From the NCBI GenBank assembly GCA_053919585.1, contig CM132825.1: a stretch of DNA of 64,000 nucleotides; one strand, written 5' to 3'. The position numbers were made by a program, and so were the translations under genes. This document shows positions 1-8,514 of the stretch, one piece after another. Numbering within the stretch: the stretch's first letter is position 1; each line of letters starts with the position of its first letter. Origin of the DNA: Euprymna scolopes (lineage: Eukaryota). The notes beneath the pieces were generated by a model. That model was not told the origin of the DNA, did not search any database, and saw only the letters and a program-made list of their open reading frames with translations.

Positions 1-325
1 CGTGACGCAATGACGTGGAGGCGGAAATGAAAGTGAAAGAAAACGTGACATCTTACCGCTACGCTATGCAGCCATGGGAAGTGAAAAACGTTCAAATTTG
101 GTGATGTCAATCAAAAAGTTGACTTGCTAAGTGAATGAGTTCACTCAGGTGCAGAAATGAACGTTGGCTGAAGGCCAGTTCAGCTTTCTGCTGTTTCATT
201 TATTTGTTTCCCCACGATGTTGGGGAAACCAAGCTCCCCCGAAAACGGGGAGCTATAACATGATTTGCAATTGTCTGATATGAAGAGTATTCCCCATATT
301 GATCAAAGTTGATTGCCTTCAAGAA
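1..325 (-). mobile_element. Fragment related to the interior of the Helitron at 7458-8045 (runs off the window start)
   Basis: AAAACGTGACATCTTACCGCT (40-60) is identical to 7580-7600. Positions 267-316 align without gaps to 7698-7747 (40/50 identical). TGACGCAA is also shared just upstream. No terminus is visible; strand is inferred from the 7458-8045 element. Confidence 0.6.
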
Positions 326-440
326 ATGGGATTGTCAATAAGTTTATGCGTTCATAATATCCGCATTTCACCTTTTAAGGCTTACTTTTTTCAAATAAAA
401 CTGCAAACAATTTATCTATATCATTGTTAATACGTTTATA

Positions 441-461
441 ATATATATATATATATATATA
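441..461. repeat. (AT)n microsatellite within a degenerate monomer
   Basis: About 10 consecutive AT units replacing the monomer's ATATCTGT segment. Confidence 0.9.
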
Positions 462-604
462 TTTCATCTATTAGGCTTATTTTTTCATATTTAACAACAA
501 ATAATTCCTTTTCAATCTGATTGTTCAGATGTTTATGCGTTTATAATATCTGTATTCCGGTTTTTACCTTTGTTTTTTTTTTTTTCACATTTAACTACTA
601 ACAA

Positions 605-783
605 AAATCAAAGTGTAGTATCTGTTCTTCAGATGCTGCACTTCCATTTCTTGTTCTCTTTCAGTGGAGGATCATTCCTTCACGACTGAGACAATTTTTT
701 ATTTTTGTACCTTTTCTCCACATTAAAAAAAACGAACGACCCTTGTGTCTAACTCTGTCCCGTGGGGAGGCATAATAAATAGG
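605..783 (+). pseudogene. U2 snRNA-derived insertion (5'-truncated pseudogene or chimeric retrocopy) with 9-bp TSD
   Basis: 607-629 ATCAAAGTGTAGTATCTGTTCTT matches the conserved U2 branch-point-recognition region (GUAGUA) in the invertebrate AUCAAAG form. A weaker stem IIb-like GTTCTC...GGAGGA lies at ~653-671 and an Sm-like ATTTTTG at 701-707. The insert is flanked by TACTAACAA at 596-604 and 784-792 and interrupts a satellite monomer. Confidence 0.65.
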
Positions 784-1250
784 TACTAACAATTAATTTT
801 CTATCCAATTGTCAATACATTCATGCATCTAAATTATCAATATTATATCCATTAGTCTTGTTTCTTTCTTTTTTTTTTTTTTTTTTGCATATTTTAATAC
901 TAGCAATTCGTTTTCTATATGCTAAACAATAGGTTTGTGCACTTATGATATCTGTGTTCATTCCATTAAGCTTCTTTTTTTTTTTGTATTAGACAACTAA
1001 CAATCCGTCTTGTCTAAGATTGTCTACACTTTTATACATCTACATCATGCTTTTTTATATTTAACTACAAAAAATTCGTTTTCTATGTGATTGTCAATTC
1101 GTTTGTGCGTTTATAATATCTATATTCCATCTATTAGGCTTACTTTTTTCATATTTAACTACAAACAATCCGTTTTCTATCCGATTGTCAATACATTTAT
1201 GCTATTACAATTAGGCTTGCTTTTTCATAATTTAACTAACATTTCATTTT

Positions 1251-3446
1251 CTATGTGATTGTCAATACGTTTATGCCTATAATATCTGTATTAGATCCAC
1301 TCGGCTTGTTTTTTGATTCTTTTTTTTATATTGAACTACAAACAAGTCAATTTCTATGTGATTGTCAATACATTTATGCCTATAATATCTGTATTAGATA
1401 CACTCGGCTTGATTTTTGTTTCTTTTTTTTTTATATTGAACTACAAACAAGTCAATTTCTATGTGATTGTCAATACATTTATGCCTATAATATCTGTATT
1501 AGATACACTCGGCTTGATTTTTGTTTCTTTTTTTTTATATTGAACTACAAACAAGTCAATTTCTATGTGATTGTCAATACATTTATGCCTATAATATCTG
1601 TATTAGATCCACTCGGCTTGATTTTTGTTTCTTTTTTTTATATTGAACTACAAGCAAGTCAATTTCTATGTGATTGTCAATACATTTATGCCTATAATAT
1701 CTGTATTAGATCCACTCGGCTTGATTTTTGTTTCTTTTTTTTATATTGAACTACAAACAAGTCAATTTCTATGTGATTGTCAATACATTTATGCCTATAA
1801 TATCTGTATTAGATCCACTCGGCTTGATTTTTGTTTCTTTTTTTTTATATTGAACAACAAACAAGTCAATTTCTATGTGATTGTCAATACACTTTTGCCT
1901 ATAATATCTGTATTAGATCCACTCGGCTTGATTTGTGTTTCTTTTTTTTTATATTGAATTACAAACAAGTCAATTTCTATGTGATTGTCAATACATTTAT
2001 GCCTATAATATCTGTATTAGATCCACTCGGCTTGATTTTTGTTTCTTTTTTTTTATATTGAACTACAAGCAAGTCAATTTTTATGTGATTGTCAATACAC
2101 TTTTGCCTATAATATCTGTATTAGATCCACTCGGCTTGATTTTTGTTTCTTTTTTTTTATATTGAACTACAAACAAGTCAATTTCTATGTGATTGTCAAT
2201 ACACTTTTGCCTATAATATCTGTATTAGATCCACTCGGCTTGATTTTTGTTTCTTTTTTTTATATTGAACTACAAACAAGTCAATTTCTATGTGATTGTC
2301 AATACATTTATGCCTATAATATCTGTATTAGATCCACTCGGCTTGATTTTTGTTTCTTTTTTTTTTATATTGAACTACAAACAAGTCAATTTCTATGTGA
2401 TTGTCAATACATTTATGCCTATAATATCTGTATTAGATCCACTCGGCTTGATTTTTGTTTCTTTTTTTTATATTGAACTACAAGCAAGTCAATTTCTATG
2501 TGATTGTCAATACATTTATGCCTATAATATCTGTATTAGATCCACTCGGCTTGATTTTTGTTTCTTTTTTTTTTATATTGAACTACAAACAAGTCAATTT
2601 CTATGTGATTGTCAATACATTTATGCCTATAATATCTGTATTAGATCCACTCGGCTTGTTTTTTGTTTCTTTTTTTTATATTGAACTACAAGCAAGTCAA
2701 TTTTTATATGATTGTCAATACATTTATGCCTATAATATCTGTATTAGATCCACTCGGCTTGTTTTTTGTTCCTTTTTTTTTATATTGAACTACAAACAAG
2801 TCAATTTCTATGTGATTGTCAATACACTTTTGCCTATAATATCTGTATTAGATCCACTCGGCTTGATTTTTGTTTCTTTTTTTTATATTGAACTACAAAC
2901 AAGTCAATTTCTATGTGATTGTCAATACATTTATGCCTATAATATCTGTATTAGATCCACTCGGCTTGATTTTTGTTTCTTTTTTTTTATATTGAACTAC
3001 AAACAAGTCAATTTCTATGTGATTGTCAATACATTTATGCCTATAATATCTGTATTAGATCCACTCGGCTTGATTTTTGTTTCTTTTTTTTTATATTGAA
3101 CTACAAGCAAGTCAATTTCTATGTGATTGTCAATACATTTATGCCTATAATATCTGTATTAGATCCACTCGGCTTGATTTTTGTTTCTTTTTTTTTATAT
3201 TGAACTACAAACAAGTCAATTTCTATGTGATTGTCAATACATTTATGCCTATAATATCTGTATTAGATCCACTCGGCTTGTTTTTTGTTTCTTTTTTTTA
3301 TATTGAACTACAAGCAAGTCAATTTTTATGTGATTGTCAATACATTTATGCCTATAATATCTGTATTAGATCCACTCGGCTTGTTTTTTGTTTCTTTTTT
3401 TTATATTGAACTACAAACAAGTCAATTTCTATGTGATTGTCAATAC
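1251..3446. repeat. Homogeneous tandem array, ~21 copies of a 103-105-bp monomer (variant of the 94-bp satellite)
   Basis: Unit CTATGTGATTGTCAATACATTTATGCCTATAATATCTGTATTAGATCCACTCGGCTTGATTTTTGTTTC(T)nATATTGAACTACAAACAAGTCAATTT. Unit starts run from 1251 to 3429 (2178 bp = 21 x 103.7). Length varies in the poly-T tract. Confidence 0.97.
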
Positions 3447-3736
3447 GTGTATCTGTCTATAATATCTATATTCCATACATATGGCTAGTTTTTTTTTTCA
3501 TATTTTATTGCAAAAAATCGTTTTCTATGTGATCGTCAATAGGTTTATGCATCTATAATATCTGTATTCTATCAATTGGACTTGCTTCGTCCATGTTTAA
3601 CTAAAACAAAAAATATCGTTTTCTATCTGATTATCATCACGGTTATGCGTTTATATCATCGTTATTCTATGCATTAGGCTTGCTATTTTCATATTTATAT
3701 ACAAACGATTCATTTTCTATGTAATTGTCTATACGT

Positions 3737-4471
3737 CTTGAAAAAAAGCGTAATACTTATAATTTTCGCACCTGTTTTTTTTTTTTTTTTTTTTTGTATC
3801 GATTCTTTAAAGAATTCTCTATGTACATGGAAAGTTTACACATTCTAAAATAAAATTTTTAATTTATTTTTAAAGACTTGAAAGTATGCTTATTTTAGTG
3901 TTTTTGTAAAAAAAAAATGTTATCCTCTAAAAGATAATAATTATTGATAACATATTCAATTAAAATTTTTAATTTATTTTTAAAGATTTAAAAGTATGCT
4001 TATTTTAGCGTTTTTGTAAAAAAAAAAAAAAAATGTTATCCTCTAAAAGATAATAATTATTGATAGCATATTCAATGAATCTTACACTTCAAAACGCAAA
4101 AGATAAAAAAAAAAAAAATTAAACACATTCAAATTTTGGATTTCAATGTTCGATATCGAAGGCACCTTAATTTTTTTTTAATTTTTTTTTATCTACATTC
4201 GTTCACCCTCCTACCACAAGTGTGTGCTTAGTTGATCGCTTGGACTTTAAAGGATCGAACAAGGGACAAATGAGGAATAGGGCGTATGAAGTCCCCAAAA
4301 ATATATTTATATATGAATATGAAAAAAAAGTTACACTCATAGAAAGTGCGTTCTTTACTTATTAATCGGTGAAAATGTTATATTGATTAGGTAATTACCT
4401 GATTTTTTGTAGATTTTTAAAGACTGACTCTCTTACGAAAATCAAAAACACTATAAATTTGGCGGTCATTA
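3737..4471. mobile_element. Unclassified ~735-bp non-satellite insertion
   Basis: The satellite breaks after GTCTATACGT (3727-3736) and resumes with GTCAATACGT (4472-4481), a possible 10-bp TSD with one mismatch. It contains a ~20-nt poly-T near its left end. No TIR or ORF was recognised. Confidence 0.45.
3851..4076. repeat. Tandem duplication of ~110 bp inside the unclassified insertion
   Basis: 3851-3960 and 3961-4076 are near-identical, differing by a few SNPs and an A-tract (10 vs 16 A). Confidence 0.92.
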
Positions 4472-4898
4472 GTCAATACGTTTGTCAGTTTATAATATTT
4501 GTATTTTATCTATTAGGTTTGCTTCTTTTTTTTTTTTTTCATACTTAATTACAAACAATTCGCTTTATATATGGTTGTCAATGCGTTTAGGTATTTATAA
4601 TATCTGTATTACAGCCATTTAGTTTGCCTTTTCATATTTAACTACAAACAATTCTACTTTCTATGTGATTGTCAATACGCTTATGCGTTTATAGTATCTG
4701 TATTCCATCCATTAGGCTTTCTTTTTCATGTTTAACTACAAATAATTCATTTTGTACCTAATTGTCAATGTTTATGTGTTTATAATGCATATATTGCATC
4801 CATTAGGGTATCTTCTTTTTTTCGTTTTCTGCCTTACTGTTATAACGTCTATGCGTTTATAATATCTGTATTCCATCATTTCGGCTTGATTTTTGTCA

Positions 4899-5785
4899 TC
4901 TATATGTATATAAAAGTGAACGTGTCTGTGTGTGTGTATCTGTGTATATTTCTCTACGCAATAACTGTCAATTTTTAGTCTACAGACTCGAAATTTGATA
5001 TATTTGGGAAAATCGATGTGATCGGTTTTTGGCCGGAAATTTGGCGATTAAGGGGTCAAAGTTCAATGATTTGACCTTTGAGAACTCTACCAAACTCCTC
5101 CGACAATTTTGGGTATACGCACTTGAAATTTTAGATATAGGTTCCTTTGACATGGATCTAACTTAATAACTTGATTTGAGCCCAAAACAATAAATTTTAA
5201 GGGGCCATAATAGGGGTCAAAGTTTTTTAAAAAAATTGACCTCTGCGGTCTCTTCCAAATTACTCAGACAATTTCTGGTCTAAATATTTGAAATTTTACA
5301 TAAAGGGTATTCAGAGATAGGGTAAGCTTTTTCATCAGTTTGTGTCGAAAATTTTTAGTTACCAATATATAAATGTATGTATGTATGTCTGTTTGCATGT
5401 CTGCCTTAAACTTTCAATAGAGGCGATGGATTTTACCAAGATCAGTATCGTTTTAAAGTTCGACCTTTCATACGACAAATATCGAAAAATTGGCTAAAAA
5501 CATTAATATCTTCCCCTTCAACTAAGCACTTTTCTACAGGGGGGGGGGTCACTTTTTTCGCCGATATTTTTTAAAGTTATCCTGTCCTTTAGATTGTCTA
5601 ACCTTAATTTTAAAAAATGTTACTTCCGGTTTGGCGGTGGTCGTAACAGCATAAACGCTAGGTTTTACCCCGCTTTTTTCCTCCTTTACGGTACGGGTTC
5701 GAGCCTGCCTTCCTACTACCACTTTTTTTTTATTTGCTCAACATACACATCTAAACACCCGGGCAACGCCGGGCTGAAATACTAG
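4899..5785 (+). mobile_element. Non-autonomous Helitron (887 bp, possibly composite)
   Basis: The 5' end is A|TCTATATGTATATAAAA followed by a TG-rich tract. The 3' end has the hairpin CCCGG-GCAACG-CCGGG (5758-5773), an 8-nt spacer and CTAG (5782-5785). There is no TSD, and the host monomer rejoins in register (TTTTGTCA|CATTAAACTACAAAC). Internal ~160-bp subrepeats GGGGTCAAAG...TTGACCT...GAAATTTT occur at ~5052 and ~5213. Confidence 0.88.
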
Positions 5786-5902
5786 CATTAAACTACAAAC
5801 AATTGATTTTCTATCTGATTGCTAATACGTTCTTGCGTTTATAGAATCTATATCCATTCGATTAATCTTGCTTTTTTTCAAATTTACCTATTAACAATTT
5901 CC

Positions 5903-6240
5903 GGTAAATATGAAGAATTACTCCAGAAAAATTCCTTTAAAATTACCGCTTATATAGGTTTAGGGGCGCTGAAAACGAAAATAACATTTAAAATTACAGC
6001 AAACGAGTAGTTTCCAAGGTATGATGAAATGTTAGCTTAAAAAAATGGGCATCACTTTTCTATAATAATTTAACATTTCTTCATATCTTGAAAACTATTT
6101 CTTCATATCTTGGAAACTACACGTTTGCCGTAGTTTTAAACGTGATTTTCAATTTCAGCCCCCCCCCCCAAAAAAAAAACACTTATAAAAGAGGTAATTT
6201 AAAAGGAATTTTCGAGGGTGGAGTAATTCTTCATATTTAC
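5903..6240. mobile_element. Mutator-like (MULE) MITE with long TIRs
   Basis: Perfect 22-bp inverted termini: GTAAATATGAAGAATTACTCCA (5904-5925) and its reverse complement (6219-6240). Imperfect inverted similarity continues ~130 bp inward. The 9-bp TSD ACAATTTCC lies at 5894-5902 and 6241-6249. Long TIRs starting with G plus a 9-bp TSD are MULE hallmarks; an 8-bp TSD reading is also possible. Confidence 0.85.
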
Positions 6241-6842
6241 ACAATTTCCTTTCTATCCGATTGCCAATACGTTTATTTATTTATTTATTTATATTCTATG
6301 CATTAGGTTTGCTTTCTTCATAATTAATTACTAACAATTCGTTTTATCCCTAACCCCATCTATAATATCTGTTTTACACCCATCAAGTTTGCTTTTTTGA
6401 TATTTAACTACAAACAATTCATTTTCTTTGTGATAGTCAATACGTTTATCAGTTTATCATATATGTATTTCATCCATTAGCATTGCTATTATCTTATTTG
6501 CCTATAAACAATTTCTTTTCTATGTGATATCGAATACGTTTATGCGTTTATAATATCTGTATTTTATTCATATTTTTCTTATTCAACTACAAACAATTTC
6601 TTTGCTATGTGATTGCCAACACGTTTATCAGTTTAAAATATCTGTATTCCATTCATTAGGTTTGCTGTTATCTTATTTAACTATAAACAATTTATTTCCT
6701 ATGTGATTGTTAATATGTTGATGCGTTCATAATATCTGTATTCCCTCTATTATGTGTGCTTTTTTCGTATTAATTCCTTCTCTCTCTTTGTGAATACGTT
6801 TAATCTGTTTACGATATCTTTATTCCAGCAATTAGGTTGGCT

Positions 6843-6870
6843 TCTTTCTTTCTTTCTTTCTTTCTTTCTT
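6843..6870. repeat. (TTTC)n microsatellite expanded from the monomer's poly-T tract
   Basis: About 6-7 TTTC units running into poly-T. Confidence 0.85.
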
Positions 6871-7279
6871 TTTTTTTTCATATTTAACTACAAACAATTA
6901 ATTTACTAATTGTGATAGTCAATATGTTTATTAGTTTATAATAATAATATTCAATATTCATTAGGTTTGCTGTTTTCATTTTTTCTTTTTAATATATTTA
7001 ACTACCAACAGTTCGTTTTCTATGTGATAATAACTACGTACATGCGTTTATAATATCTGAGTTCCAGCTACTTGGTTCGCATTTTTGCATTTAACTAATA
7101 GCAATTAATTTTCTATTTTATTTTCAACGCGTTTATGCGTTTAAAATATGTTTATTTCGTCCATTTAAACTTAGTCTTTTCATATTTAACTACAAGCAAT
7201 TTATTTTATATGTTATTGTCAGTACGCTTATGCCTTTATAATACGTGTATTCTATCCATTTTTAACTGCTAACAATTCG

Positions 7280-7457
7280 AGATTGAGGGTGAAATAATGA
7301 ATGTTTTTGGCTAATTTTTTTTGTATTTGTTGTACAAGACATTCAGCTTCAAAAAGATACCAATTTCGTGAGGATAGTCGCGTGTGTCAAAAGTTTTTGC
7401 GAGACATACAAACACACACACAAACACACACGCACATTTTGCCTTTTATATATTAGC
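7280..7457 (-). mobile_element. 3'-truncated Helitron 5' segment abutting the 3' end of the neighbouring Helitron
   Basis: The minus strand reads (G)CTAATATATAAAAGGCAAAATGTGCGTGTGTG..., closely matching the 5' terminus at 8045 (TCTATATATATAAATGGCAAAATGTGTGTG). It ends abruptly in satellite at ~7279 with no CTAG terminus. Confidence 0.7.
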
Positions 7458-8045
7458 CTAGCATGAGTGCCCGGCGTTGCCCTGGCGTTTGGAGATGTAA
7501 AAGAAAGAAAACAAAGTTTTCGTAGGTAGTTAGGCTCAAACCCAAACTCTTGACGCAAAGATGATAAAGAAAGTGTGAAAAAACGTGACATCTTACCGCT
7601 CAGCTACGACAGGACAGAAACTGAAAGGATTTTAATTCAGCGATTAAAAAGTTAAGTAACAGGTGCGTAAATAAAAAGGAGAGTGTCCAACTGAATAGCA
7701 ATCGTCTGATATGACGGGTTTTGACCGCATTGATCAAAGCTCATTGCTTTCTGGGCATCCCCGGCACAAGTGGCAGGGAGCTGCCTGTGCTACAAATTCA
7801 GTTTCGCTTATATACGGAAAAGCCAAACAAACACATGGGGAGTAAAATAATATTGCGAAAATAGCGTGTAAAAGTCGCCTAAATAAAAAATACACATGAC
7901 CTTGTTTCGTAAATCGTAGATATTATAATCTAGGTAGTATATAAAAAGTTCTAAGAAAGTGACCGCCCCAAGCGCCCCACTTCCAAAAGCCTTTGCCGGA
8001 CATACAAAAAATGTGCACACACATTTTGCCATTTATATATATAGA
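7458..8045 (-). mobile_element. Non-autonomous Helitron (588 bp)
   Basis: On the minus strand it begins A|TCTATATATATAAATGG at 8045 and ends CCAGG-GCAACG-CCGGG, an 8-nt spacer and CTAG (7461-7458). This is the same 3' hairpin type as in 4899-5785. Confidence 0.88.
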
Positions 8046-8514
8046 TTAGTAATTCCTTTTCCATTTGATTGTCAATACGTTTATGCATTTATAAGATCTG
8101 TTTTCCATCCATTAGGCTTGATTTGTTCATGTTTAACTAAAAACCATTTTCTATCAGATTGTTAATGCGTTTATAATATCTGTATTTTATCCATTCGGCT
8201 TGCTTTTTTTCATATTTAACTAAAAATTAATTTTCTGTGTGGGTTGCCAATACGTTTACTAGTTTATAATAATATCTGTTTTTTATCCAATAGGTTTGCT
8301 TTTTTTCATGTTTAACAACAAACAATTCGTTTTCTATCTGATTGTCATTGCATCTATGCGTTTATAATATCTGGATTCGATCCATAAGGTTTGCTTTTTT
8401 ATATTAAACTACAAACAATTCATTTTCTATGTGATTGTCAATACGTTTTTGCATCTTTAATGTCTGTATACTATCCATTAGGCTTATTTTTTTTATTTCA
8501 TATTTAACTATAAG

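Larger units (their letters stand above)
326..1250. repeat. Degenerate ~90-110-bp satellite monomers (old layer, same family as the main array)
   Basis: Recurring motif TTTTCTATNTGATTGTCAATACGTTTATGC...ATAATATCTGTATT...ATTAGGCTT...TTTCATATTTAACTACAAACAATT with many substitutions and variable poly-T tracts. Confidence 0.9.
3447..8514. repeat. Degenerate satellite monomers (old layer) interrupted by insertions
   Basis: Same monomer skeleton as the two homogeneous arrays but heavily diverged. It resumes after each insertion. Confidence 0.9.

Noticed and set aside
1-30. CRE/ATF-like (TGACGCAA, TGACGTGG) and ETS-like (GCGGAAAT) motifs as a promoter
   Set aside because: These are short motifs within a TE-related fragment at the window edge, with no gene to link them to.
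267-316. Hammerhead ribozyme or SECIS element
   Set aside because: CTGATATGA does not match the hammerhead CUGAUGA core and there is no properly placed GAAA. The helix and loop geometry does not fit a SECIS.
605-783. Functional U2 snRNA gene
   Set aside because: It lacks the U2 5' end and recognisable 3' stems, and its upstream flank is satellite rather than an snRNA promoter.
1255-3488. Overlapping repetitive ORFs of up to 214 aa in the 104-bp array
   Set aside because: They occur in all three frames, shift with poly-T length and are F/I/Y/C-rich. This is an artefact of a T-rich, stop-poor repeat strand.
5631-5706. Possible Pol III A/B boxes (TGGCGGTGGTCG ... GGTTCGAGCC) suggesting a tRNA or tRNA-SINE
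   Set aside because: The A box is a poor match and no cloverleaf can be drawn.
5594-8165. Short ORFs of 63-80 aa in and around the transposons
   Set aside because: No Rep/helicase or transposase motifs are recognisable, and several ORFs cross element/satellite junctions.
326-8514. Satellite originating as the internal tandem repeat of these Helitrons
   Set aside because: The Helitrons interrupt pre-existing monomers, and their ~160-bp internal subrepeats do not resemble the satellite.
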